Assembly (NCBI RefSeq): GCF_001194135.2
Contig: NC_068982.1
Span: 131,853,543-131,891,535 of the forward strand
Direction: 5' to 3'
From: Octopus bimaculoides
Lineage: Eukaryota
DNA: 37,993 nt
Shown here: positions 1-11,019 of the stretch, piece by piece
Position numbering within the stretch: the first letter of the stretch is position 1
How the letters are laid out: each line of letters begins with the position of its first letter
Notes under the pieces: model-generated
What the model saw: only the letters and a program-made list of their open reading frames with translations
What the model was told of the DNA's origin: nothing
Databases searched by the model: none
Program-made: the position numbers and the translations under genes

Positions 1-153
1 GGTTGGCGTTAGGAAGGGCATCCAGCTGTAGAAACTCTGCCAAATCAGACTGGAGCCTGGTGTTGCCATCCGGTTTCACCAGTCCTCAGTCAAATCGTCC
101 AACCCATGCTAGCATGGAAAGCGGACGTTAAACGATGATGATGATGATGATGA
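1..153 (+). mobile_element. 3' end of RTE-associated repeat (family D) with (GAT)n tail, truncated by the window edge
   Basis: GGTTGGCGTTAGGAAGGGCATCC...GCATGGAAAGCGGACGTTAAACGATGATGATG recurs at about 2140-2297, 6120-6275 and 7400-7550. Confidence 0.8.
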
Positions 154-154
154 T

Positions 155-370
155 GTATGTGTGTTTGTGTGTCTGTGTTTGTCCCCTCACCATCGCTTGA
201 CAACCGGTGCTGGTGTGTTTATGTCCCCGTAACTTAGTGGTTCAGCAAAAAGAGACCGATAGAATAAGTCTTGGGGTCGATTTGCTCGACTAAAGGCGGT
301 GCTCCAGCATGGCCGCAGTCAAATGACTGAAACAAATAAAAGAGTAAAATAGTAAAGAGTATAACAAGAC
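155..370 (+). mobile_element. 3' body of microsatellite-containing SINE (family F/G)
   Basis: (TG)n followed by TTTGTCCCCTCACCATCGCTTGACAACC...GAGACCGATAGAATAAG...TAAAGGCGGTGCTCCAGCATGG. Related copies at about 12050-12165 (-) and 33300-33750 (+). Confidence 0.7.
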
Positions 371-1158
371 AAGAAAAAAAGGAACATTAATGCACACACA
401 CATATAAACGCACATATACACATACACACATACACACACATATACACACAGACGCACACACACAAACACACACACATACACATGTGCATGTGCGCGCACA
501 CACACACTCACACACACATATGATGTTAATTGAATTTATGACAAAAATATGCTTTATATTTTTATTAATCTCAGTTGGCAAGAGTACTGTTTGAGGTTTG
601 ATTTTAAAAGAATAAAACCGTCGACAAAATATTGAACAACTTGTCATCTGTCTTCCAGTTGTCTCATTTCACTTATAACATTTGTATAGAAAACGTTTAT
701 TTGGTTTCTTAATAATAACTCTACAGAATAGAGCGAGCACATATGAAAAAACTGCATAAAAGGGAATATTCACATACAACATCTCATTGTTTTACCTTTC
801 GACATTAACAACTGAAGAAAACTAAAAACAAATGTCATGTAATGTGCTATACAAAACACATTTTTAATTAAAACTTTATGAATCCATTATATGTGTGTGA
901 AATAGATTTAATGATTTCAGAATCTATGAATATTTTATTTACAAGAGCACAGCTGTGAACATCTTATCTGATTAATTATATTTACGTTAAACATTTTTAA
1001 AAACAGATGTTGTAATAGTTGAAAGTTTTTGATAGATTGACACTGAAGCCATTTATTGTAGAAAAATGATTTCACTGTTCTATGTGGGGACCAGTATTAA
1101 GGAAGGATACAAAAATATTAGGTTTATAAGCCCTAAAATTCACTCTATAATTGCCCAT

Positions 1159-1370
1159 AGGTATATAGCATAATGGTTAAGAGCACAGGCTACTAATTCC
1201 AAGTTCAGTTCCAGGCAGTTCCTTCAATAAATAATAATACCAGCAAAAAATACCTTAGGGTTGGGTTCAAAAGTCTACCAGGACACCTGATGAAGGCTGG
1301 AGAGTAAATAAGCTGAAACATTGTGGTAAAAAGATGAAGTCACATATCCATCCAATGTAAATAACATAAA
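1159..1370 (+). mobile_element. tRNA-headed SINE-like element with hammerhead-like 3' region
   Basis: A-box-like TAGCATAATGG (1166-1176) and degenerate B-box GTTCAGTTCC (1203-1212), then CAC-CTGATGA...GAAAC-ATT-GTG (1284-1325) and an A-rich end. Confidence 0.6.
1281..1327 (+). ncRNA. Degenerate minimal type I hammerhead ribozyme motif
   Basis: Core CUGAUGA (1287-1293) and GAAAC (1315-1319); stem II GGCU/AGCU; stem I CAC/GUG. Stem III is reduced to AC-AU, where an active form would need AC-GU. Confidence 0.45.
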
Positions 1371-1589
1371 AATTATTTCTTACATGAGTAGAGGTGAAAG
1401 AAATGACACTGTGCAATAGCTTTTTTTCCCAGTTTAATCTGAGAAACAAGAGGCATTGCCTTTTCAGGATGTGTACTACCTTTTCTAAGTCTTCTAAGTG
1501 AGTTGGACTGACTGGGTTAATGCAGAGAGTGGTTTCTGGAAGGTTTAGTACCAGAGGGAAAAATAGACAAGAGAGATCTAGTAAGATTA

Positions 1590-1803
1590 TTTAATCCTTC
1601 AGTATTCAGATTACTCTGTCAAATATAATAATGCTTATTTATTCACATTGTTTTGGATTAGTCATTCAAGATTTTGTTGGTACGACTGCTTGGTTTTAGA
1701 ATGACATTTTAGGATGGATGTAAGTGGCTGGATCTGTCCAGTTTAAACATAAAACAGAATATTTGAGCCAGATCTGACTGATTTAAATATTCATAGACTT
1801 TAA
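1590..1803 (+). mobile_element. MITE-like DNA element (family E; TTAA/CCC-type termini, piggyBac-like by inference)
   Basis: Inverted related copy at 3328-3515 and a more diverged copy at about 5293-5420 starting CCTTAGCATTTAAACC. Degenerate TTAA-flanked ends. Confidence 0.5.
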
Positions 1804-1842
1804 ATTATAATTCCAGTTTCTACAGGAACTTGTACGACTCAT

Positions 1843-2020
1843 CTCATCATCATCATAGTTTGCTGTCCACCCTCCATGTTGGCATGGGTGAGACAGCTTG
1901 ACAGGAACCGGCCAGGCAGAAGCCTGCACTAGACATCTGTAACTGTTTTGGAAGGATTTTTATAGCAGGATGCCCTTCCTAACACCAACCACACAGCAGA
2001 GTGGACTGAATGCTTTTTAC
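1843..2020 (-). mobile_element. Diverged family D 3' end, reverse orientation
   Basis: Reverse complement contains GGTTGGTGTTAGGAAGGGCATCC and ends in (GAT)n. Confidence 0.7.
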
Positions 2021-2029
2021 ATGGCTGGA

Positions 2030-2297
2030 CTGGCTCCTGTGCAGGTGGCATGTAAAATACACCATTTTGAGCGTGGCCGTTGCCAGTACCGCGTGGCTGG
2101 TCCTCGTGCCGGTGGCATGTAAAAGCACCCACTACACTCTCGGAGTGGTTGGCATTAGGAAGGGCATCCAGCTGTAGAAACTCTGCCAGATCAGATTGGA
2201 GCCTGGTGTAGCCATCCGGTTCACCAGTCCTCAGTCAAATCGTCCAACCCATGCTTGCATGGAAAGCGGACGTTAAACAATGATGATGATGATGATT
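2030..2297 (+). mobile_element. Family D 3' end with (GAT)n tail
   Basis: Near-identical to 1-153, with upstream GGCATGTAAAAGCACC units. Confidence 0.8.
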
Positions 2298-3184
2298 AAT
2301 GGGCAAGTAATAAGTGAAAGTATTTAGATGGACAGGGTACTAGGGCTGCTAGGCATAGTATGCAAATATGGGAGGATAAGTGGATGCATCAATTTGGTTT
2401 AATTCAAAATGGTGTAGCTCATAATACTAACAGTAAAAGTAATAGAACAAAGACATACAATGATAGTCATAATAATGAGAATATTGTCGTAGAGGGAAGG
2501 TAGGTAAGATCTTATGTAAGAAAATATGTTTTTTATTACATTATAACTGCTTTGTTATAATACAGCTGCTATAAAAAGTCAATTAATTCACTCTCTCATA
2601 TATTTTATTATCAGAACAACAATGGTGAAATGGAAAATTGTATTAGATTAATTGCATAGAGAGTTCAACTTTACAGCAAGTATATAATATGTCTCTGACC
2701 AAACACACTATTTTACATTTCCTTATTTAATCTAACAATCAGTATAAGTATTAAAAATTCTGAGTAAAAACAATTAGAACTGATCATGAAAAGGCAAGGT
2801 ATTTACTCTGTTTATTACATCAGTGTATAAGGGAATGAAATATTTAATAAATAAGGCAGGAAGAGGTTACTGCTTGTTTTTTTTGTTTTTTTTACATGGT
2901 GTTATGTGTATGAAATGATGAAGATAATGGTTAAAGAGTATAAAGTTCAATTATTAATATGGTGCATGACGTTTGAGTGTAGTTCCAAGTAAGGCAGGCA
3001 GTGATAGTAATAACTTTGACCGAAAGGGGCTGCTTAATGAGGAGCTGCAAGTTGGAGAATTCACAAAAAGTGGATTGAAATTTTATCTTTTCAATCTACT
3101 GGAATGAAGGCGTCGATTAAGTATATATGTGAATGTAGTACAATACTATTTACTTTGTTGACTTCTCTCAGAACTCGACTCAGT

Positions 3185-3770
3185 CAGTCATGAATGACCA
3201 TGGGTGCACTCCAGGGTACAAGTCTGGGCTGAAAGTCGCCTCACCGGCGAGTGCACAACCTAGGGTTGTTTTTATGGAAGACCAGCCGTCACCCATATAT
3301 ACCAGCTTCCCTTCTCCACGCCTGGCTCCAGATTTGGCTCAAATATTCTACCTGTTTTATGTTTAAACTGGACAGATCCAGCCACTTACATCCATCCTAC
3401 AATGTCATTCTAAAACCAAGCAGTCGTACCAACAAAATCTCGAATGACTAATTTAAAACAATGTGAATAAATACGCATTATATTTGACAGAGTAATCTGA
3501 ATGCTGAGGTATTAAATAATCTTACTTGATCTCTCTTGTCTGTTTTTTGCTCTGGTACTAAAACTTATCCAAGAGAAAGGCATGTTATCCAAGGGAAAGG
3601 CAAAGACCATTACAGCTTGGCACCAGTGACATTTCTACAGCTGAGTGAACTGGAGCAATGTGAAATAAAATGTCTTGCTGAAGAAAACAACATGCAGCCT
3701 GGTCCAGGAATTGAACTCACAACCTCACAATCATAAGCTCGACACTCTAACCATTGAGCCATGCACCAAT
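3185..3770 (-). mobile_element. tRNA-headed SINE (family C) interrupted by an insert at about 3323-3565
   Basis: Reverse head TGGCTCAATGGTTAGAGTG...GAGTTCAATTCC and core TTTATTTCACATTGCTCCAGTTCACTCAGCTGTAG, matching 26684-27018. Confidence 0.8.
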
Positions 3771-4029
3771 CCTTATTTATATTACCAGAGCCTTTAAGTA
3801 TATGAGAATAGATTGGAAATTGGAGAAAATAAACCATGTCTCTACTATTACACTATTACACTATCACTCCATACGATAAACTACTGTAGGTCAAAAACCT
3901 GAAACATGTAGAGGTTTGGTAAATTATGACCACTAAATCTGTGGATCAGGCTGAGTTACTCAATTTATTACTCATGTGCTCTAAATCTGCTCAACAAATG
4001 TTATCAGTATTATGTTATTGACCAATTCT

Positions 4030-4310
4030 TCTCGTTGCCCTTTCAAAGCCTAGCCAGGCTCATGGGCCCGGTTTCCCGGTTTCTATGGCATATGTGTTCC
4101 CTCCAACTGGACGGGATGCCAGTCCATCGCAGCATTACTCAAGAAACAGGAAGAAAGAGTGAGAGAAAGTTGGGGCGAAAGAGTACAACCGGAGCCTCAT
4201 GGAGCTTAGGTGTTTTCACTCAATAAACACTCATAACGCCTGGTCTGGGAATTGAAACCGCGATCCTCCAACCGTGAGTCCACTGCCCTAACCACTGGGC
4301 CATTGCACCT
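4030..4310 (-). mobile_element. tRNA-headed SINE (family H) with V-domain-like core
   Basis: Reverse strand has A-box TGGCCCAGTGG, B-box-like GGTTTCAATTCC and GCGATGGACTGGCATCCCGTCCA. The core assignment is from recall. Confidence 0.65.
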
Positions 4311-4544
4311 TCACTATTGACCAATAGTACTTAGTAATACTCACATTGTCATCATGGTTAATCTCTTCATCATTGTCATTCACAATCAGTCTCATTTTAT
4401 CAATATCACCATTGTTGTCATTATCTCTTGTTGGTACTCTTACCACTTTCCTCATTAGCAGCAACAGCAGCAGCAGTGGAAACGACAGAAGCAAGTGCCA
4501 TAATAATAAATTAGCACAAAACCCTATCTACAAATTTGTGGGAA

Positions 4545-4720
4545 GGAGTTAGTTGATTATGTTAACCCCAATATTTGACAATTGTTTTATTGGATTCAAA
4601 GTGAAGAAAGGCCAAATTGACCTTGATGGGATTTGAACTCAGAACATAAAGAGTCGTAACTAAATACTTCAAGGCATTTTGTTTGATGCATTAACAATTC
4701 TGCCAACTCACTGCTCTCAC
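4545..4720 (-). mobile_element. Old, diverged family A-type SINE
   Basis: AAAGGCCAAATTGACC...GGATTTGAACTCAGAAC...AATTCTGCCAACTCAC matches family A in reverse with many substitutions. Confidence 0.6.
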
Positions 4721-5292
4721 ATAAAATCTGTAATAATTTTAGTTGCAGTTACCCAACCAGAATTTCTGTAAAACAAAATTTCATTTCCTTGTTGCAAGTA
4801 ACAATTTTCCAGTTCATTTAAATATATATTCCCATATTACATCTTGTATGCACCACATAATTTTGATCTCAGGAAGCAGTGTATACTTAACATTCACAAC
4901 CCATGCAGATATTGCTGTAAGAGACTTTTGACACAATTAAAAAGCCAGTACATTACAACTTTACCATAAAGCTGCTACTAAATACTAATAAAACCACACA
5001 AAGCTATAAATTAGACTGTGTTCAATTGTTACAGGTTTATGGGTCTTTTTCCTAGAAAGTTTATTTACCGCATTGTAATAATAAAAGTCAAGTAACTAAG
5101 CTGATATAACATAGTAGTCAACAAGTTAGCAATAAAAAATATATATATGCAATTAACAAAATGTTTTAACGAATAATATTGCTTTCAAAACTAGTTTGAA
5201 GTTAAATTATGAATAGAGGTTCAATGAATTTAACTGACCTCAATATATTACTGGTTCTGAATTTAATGACACCTCCTTAGCATTTAAACCAA

Positions 5293-5420
5293 CCATTTCC
5301 AGTCCAAATACTCTACCTATTTTATGTTCAAAGAAAACAGATCAGGCTTCTCATACCTACCCTATAATGTTATTCTTAAAAAATAAACAATCATATCATT
5401 AGAATCTTAAACCTCTGAGT
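5293..5420 (-). mobile_element. Diverged family E MITE fragment
   Basis: Resembles the reverse complement of 1690-1790 (TTTTATGTTCAAA...CAGATC...CCTAC...AATGT.ATTCT). Confidence 0.45.
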
Positions 5421-5789
5421 CCTGACAGGGTTTCAACTAGTACCAAGAACAAGTTTCCTTGCTGCCTCATGGATCCTGGTCATACAAGTAAGGATTAGTT
5501 TTTAGTAATAAATCAACTTGGAGAGACAAAAATGCAATGTATTTTTTCATAGAATTGCTTTACGTTAACCAAACCTTCTGCAGTTTAACCTCCTTTATTG
5601 CTGCTAGGCTGTTCAGCAACTGTTTCTAGACTCAATATACAAACAGGTATTCTCCCATCTTTGAAAAGCACTCAAACTGCTCAAGAAAGCAAACCTCTTT
5701 TTTCTTTTCTATCAGATATTAAATTAACGTTATCCGAATGCAATTTTGGATACTGGTTCCAAATAAGTCTTGGGCTTCATGGGGGTAAT

Positions 5790-6280
5790 GACAAGTGTAA
5801 CTGGCACCTGTGCCAGTGGCACGTAAATAGCACCTTTCAAATGTTAAGCAATATGTCATGCTTAAGAAGACCCATCAAGCCAAGTTAAATCATTGTAGTG
5901 GCTGATGCCAGTATCGAGTAACTGACACCTGTGCTGGTGACATGTATAAAGCACCCTTTGAATGTTGAGCCTCACAGTGGCAGTGACAAGTGACTCGGAC
6001 CTTTGGTGATATACCATGCTTGAAAAGACCTGTAAGCTAAGTGAGATCACAGTCATGGCTGATGCCGGTGTTATGTAACTGGTACTTGTGCCAGCGGCAC
6101 ATTAGAAGCACTCACTACACTCTTAGAGTGGTTGGTATTTGGAAAGGCATCCACTTGTAGAAAACACACCAAATCAGATTGAAACCTGGTGCAGCTCCCC
6201 AGCTTACCAGCTTTCAGTCAAACTGTCCAACCTATACCAGCATGGAAAACGGACATTAAATAATGATCATGATGATGTTC
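5790..6280 (+). mobile_element. Diverged family D 3' region with internal repeated units
   Basis: About three GTAACTG(G/A)CAC..GTGC..GTGGCACGTAAA..GCAC units, followed by the family D tail ending AATGATCATGATGATG. Confidence 0.65.
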
Positions 6281-6799
6281 TTTTTTTAAAATTTTTAAAA
6301 TTTGGCAGATTTCATCTTTCATCAGTTTTTATCAATTTTGTATTTTTCCCTTGCTGTGAACCCAATTATTAGAAGTCAGTAAGGATGATCCCTTTGTTTT
6401 CTCTATATCTTAACTACAGCAAAAACCCATTAATCGTCAATTTTTGTTCAATCAATCATAAAGTTCACTACATGAATAAACAACACAAATTTGACTTACT
6501 GCCCATTGCATACCTATATGACAACCAAAGCATACCTGGTATATTTCTATGCCATCTGTTATGATAGTTCATCATTGTGTCATAGATTGTAAAGAACTAC
6601 AAGCATAGCAGAAAGTGTCAAAAGTTACATAGATTAAATAGTAATGATCTGAGTAGATATGAAAAATATAAAATGTTTCAAAATATCACTGTATCAATCA
6701 GACTATCAGATGTTATATGCTACTGGTCACAATGCACTTCCTTACATTGTCATAACTTTCAACTGAAGCCATAACATTTGTACTGGACAGAATATTGGT

Positions 6800-6925
6800 T
6801 TGTTGCAGGGTTACACACTTACAGCTAAGTGGACTGGAACCACATGAAATGAATGCACAGCTGAATTGGGAATCAAAACCATGATTTTGTGATTGCAAGT
6901 GCAACACCCTAACCACCAGGCCATT
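6800..6925 (-). mobile_element. Degenerate tRNA-headed SINE 5' fragment (family C-like)
   Basis: ACAGCTAAGTGGACTGGAA...GGGAATCAAAACC...CCCTAACCACCAGGCCA is the reverse of head plus core. Confidence 0.55.
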
Positions 6926-7104
6926 AGTCTAATTCCAAAAGCTATATGTTATTCAAGAAAAAAAAACCAGCCTGTTTCCTGGGCCACCATTAAATCATCA
7001 CATTTGGAAATTCTTTGTTAGCCAGTAAAACGGTTTAGTTGATTTGAAGGCCACAGAGTGTGCTGATTAATTAAACATTTTGTTTAACACTAACATATTA
7101 AGGC

Positions 7105-7550
7105 TGCCAATTCAAGACAGGATGCCCTTGGAGCTCCACTACACTGATGACCTTTCTCTAATAGCAGAGTCACTACCAGAACTAGAGAAGAAGTTTCAGG
7201 TGTAGAAGCAAGGTCTAGAATCGAAGGGCCTTAAAGTTAACCTAGCCAATGCCAGTGCCACCTGACTGGCTCCCGTGCGGTGGCACGTAAAATGCACCAT
7301 TCAAGCACGTAAAAAGTACCATTCAAGCATGTAAAAAGCACCATAAAAAGCACGTAAAAAGCACGTAAAAAGCGTGGCCAATGCACCCACTACACTCTCG
7401 GAGTGGTTGGCATTAGTAAGGGTATCCAGCAGTAGAAACCTCACCAGATCTGATTGGAGCCTGTCGCAGCCTTCCGGCTTGCCAGTCCTCGATCAAACCG
7501 TCCAACTAATGCTAGCATGGAAAGCGGACGTTAAACGATGATGATGATGC
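7105..7550 (+). mobile_element. Internally deleted RTE-clade LINE: RT motif fragment fused to family D 3' end
   Basis: With one frameshift and one stop, 7111-7248 reads FKTGCPW-ELHYTDDLSLIAESLPELEKKFQV*KQGLESKGLKVNLA (the YADD region of RTE RT). It runs directly into the D tail ending (GAT)n. Confidence 0.75.
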
Positions 7551-8033
7551 TTTAGGGATCATGAACCAATATTTATGTAACATGTGTTTCTTCCAATTTC
7601 AGTCTCTCTTGACTTGCACCATGTTGTTTTTGGTCTGCTATGTCTGCATTTCCCTGAGACTGTCCATCGCAAAGCTTGCTATGTAATATTGGTTTCTATA
7701 GGTTGTGTTCCCCACCAAACCCATTTACTCCACTTTATCTATCTTCCTGCCTGCATGTCAGTCCATATATTTAACCTTTTCTCTCTTTCTCTCTCTCCTT
7801 CCCTCTTTCTCTCTCTTTCTCTCTTTGTCTCTCACCCTCTGTGTTTATCTATCTATCTATTTATATGCCCGTCTATCAGTTTGCTGGCTTTCCTGTCATT
7901 TGATAGGAATGTGAGTTCTATGGCATAGAAGCGGCAGATATCAACATAATATATGCAAGATATAAAATGTACAACCTGATTTATTTATTGTAATAGAAAA
8001 TAGAAAACTGTAGCTATTTCACCTTTTTTAGGC

Positions 8034-8035
8034 TG

Positions 8036-8101
<66 letters not shown>

Positions 8102-8162
8102 ATCGTAGAAATTAATAGTGTATTAATGGTCTGATTCGCATTGATGTTACTGCTGAAACCGT

Positions 8163-8197
<35 letters not shown>

Positions 8198-8222
8198 ACC
8201 GCCACCACCACCACCACCACCA
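8034..8222. repeat. Compound microsatellite (CTA)n, (AC)n, (CAC)n
   Basis: Direct reading. Confidence 0.95.
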
Positions 8223-8559
8223 CTTTTCTTTTGTTACTGAATGCTCTGGCTACGCCGTTACGAGGGATAACTGCGTCATCACTGATCTGAGGAGTTCATA
8301 TCTTAGGCGGCCAATCACATGATCCGGGCATTGGTGGTGGTTGGGTGTTGGCGGAACGCTAGTGTTACGCTTCTACAGATAGCTTTCTTATATTACATAG
8401 TAAAAACATTTCAGTCTCTTCCTTCTTACTGCGTCAGTGGTGTGTCATGCGAAGAGATATTTTAAAAATAAACATTTTGAAGTCTGCCTCGCCATGATAT
8501 TCCAAGTGCACACTATGAAACTTTATTTTGCGTTAACGTCTAGTCTGCGTTTATTTTCA

Positions 8560-9480
8560 GGTTTTAATATTTACGTTAGCAGTATGTATGCTGCGATTGG
8601 GACATGACGAGGAAAACGTTGTACAACATTATTTTGAGTTGCTTCCTGGTATCACGCCTCTTTGAGATTGCGTTTTTTTTTTGTCTTCGAAACACTGTAT
8701 ATGCCAGTGAGACCATTTCTTTTTCATTACTTCTCATGGTTTTTGATATTATGCTGCCGAAAAATACAATCATTTCCTATCTAGGGGACAGTATCTTGCA
8801 CTTCACGCTCTTTATTTTCATACATCACTTTATACGTGCCTTGTTCAGTAGACATTTTGAATTTGTAAAAAATCGTAGATATTCGGATCGTGCTGTTAGT
8901 ATATCTAATATCTATGGAGAGGTCACCTGTAAGTGTCATACTTTTATCAAACCTTTCAGTTTTCATGCCACAAATTCCTGGAAAATGGTTAAAAGGGTGA
9001 AACATAGAAAGCAACCTTGTCTCAGAATTATTCATATTTCAAACCAATCCACCAAGAAACCACCTTAGACTATATTACATCCAGTATTGTTATACCGCCT
9101 TCTATAATTTGCATTACATTTTGGTCTATACTTACTGTTGCCCCCATCATCCATAGTGGCAGACTTCCGCTAGATTGTGTCGAAGGCAGCTTTGCATTGA
9201 TGAAGTTGAAATGTAAGGTCACTTTTGTGTTTAGTCATTTTGTCGACAATAATGGCAGCAGCTGGCCTCAACTGGGGTATGAAACGAAATTAACTCTCAA
9301 GTAGTTTCCTTGTTTCCACATTTTATCCTGTCGTTTCTTCGGTTTTACTGTTCATTCATAGAATCCACATGAGAGAAATCAAGTAATTTTCGGGGTTCTG
9401 ATTTATCATTCCTTATAAATAATGATGTTACTTGTCTTGTCTGTCGGCCCAGTCATTTGTTAACTTTTCGATTTTCCATA
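8560..9480 (-). pseudogene. Decayed LINE reverse-transcriptase region (RTE-like)
   Basis: Ordered minus-strand remnants: YK.DKSEPENYLISL (about 9400), LES*FRF, KAAFDTI (about 9180), RQGCFLCFTLLTIF (about 9010), IDIRYTNSTIRIS (YADD equivalent), FFGSIISK, KIMLYNV. Confidence 0.6.
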
Positions 9481-10229
9481 TTATGTTTAATAGTGTAGAC
9501 AAGCTTCTGCTGAATTTTGAACCACTACTCTCAAATTTTCCTAGCTCAAAACCACGACCAATCATATCGCCATAAAAGGCAATGTGTTCCTATAAAAAGT
9601 ATTAATGCCTAAGCACATACGACTTGATCATTCAATACTGGCTGACTTGTTACGGATGATACGACGAATTTCAAAGAAGTGAGCGAGTTTGCCCCGCCAA
9701 GTTGCTTGATCGAAGATTCTGGAAAATTTGGCTCACAGTTATAAAAAGTCGGCAAAATCAGCCTCAAAAGAGAGCAGCTCAGCATTCCACACGAAACTAC
9801 GTCACTTTGTCCAGTTTGTTGGTCTCTCATCCGATTTCACTTCGTCTTACATAACATGCTTATGTTATATTTAGCAAAAGCACATACCTCGAATTGTAGA
9901 GTTGAATTACGTGCAATGATTATGTGCAATAGCATTAATTTCTTCTACTTATTTCGTCTTCAGTAACTATGAACTACTTTCATGCATGTTGTATTACACA
10001 AGATTGCTAATATGTTTTTATGACCGTTGTTCCATAAAATTAATTATATGTACACATGTACACATGAGCGATGAGGTTTGATAAAAATATATAAAAACTC
10101 CAATAAATACCGGCGTGGTCATTCTTCTCTTCACACGAAGCCTACTTAGAATTGTAAACTATTAACGAAGAATTAATGATCAAAACCCACATTAAAATAG
10201 AACGGAATATACAACCTGAAATACTAATG

Positions 10230-10570
10230 TCAAGTAAACTGGGGGCATTGCCGTTTTCAACTCTTCGTTTGTTATATTTACATGAGTAGCCACATCAGAT
10301 GAGCCATCCATGGATTCTGATGTTGCTTCCGGGCTGTGTGGGAGTCTAGTGTTAATAGGCTTTCAACATTGATATACTTCTGTTGTATTTGCAGGCATGT
10401 TGCTGATTTTGTGTTTGAGATTATCATTGATCATGAAATCACCTTCTTGTAATTCTACTTGTAGGTTCTTGTTCTTTTATATCTTTGTATCTTGACTGTG
10501 GATTTGGTCTTTGATAATATCGCATGAATTGATGAATATTTCTATTCTAGTTTTCGCCTTTGTTATAGCA
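10230..10570 (-). pseudogene. Possible upstream part of the same LINE ORF2 (pre-RT region)
   Basis: Reverse strand gives NITNEEL and, after a frameshift, KNGNAPSLLDI, resembling ITxEEVxxA...KNGKAPGxDxI. Confidence 0.35.
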
Positions 10571-11019
10571 TGTCTGTTTCTAATGCTGGGTATGTGACTT
10601 GTTTTCGAACCTTCAAACCAACGGTTCTGTTTTCTTAGAAAGACATTTATCTATCTCATTCACCTCAAGCTAGGATGTAAAGAAAAGGTAGCTGTAGTAC
10701 CTTCAAGTGAGCAAGTGAGCAAGCCATACTATACAACTACAGGTGGATGCAGATTCCCATAATTAACACGTCTTTTAATTGTATCTATTTAATATCTTAT
10801 TAAACCTACTGGTCAGCAACTGCCTACTACCTCTGCAATGAGCATAACCTGGATTAATTTCATCCATTTCACTAGGGGCAAGAGCAGTTCCAGGATATTC
10901 CCTTGTCCATTGTCTTCGTTGGCAAACGAAACCTAGACGGAAGGCGATACCTTATGCAGTATGATATATATTATATAAAATTTATAATATATATAATGAT
11001 ATATATGTCACTGACACGC

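Noticed and set aside
3878-3914. Second hammerhead-like motif (CTGTAGGT...ACCT-GAAACATGTA)
   Set aside because: The CUGANGA core is broken and stem I does not pair in register; at most a decayed relic.
8604-9068. 154-aa + strand ORF
   Set aside because: Antisense to the decayed RTE-like RT region; no recognisable domain.
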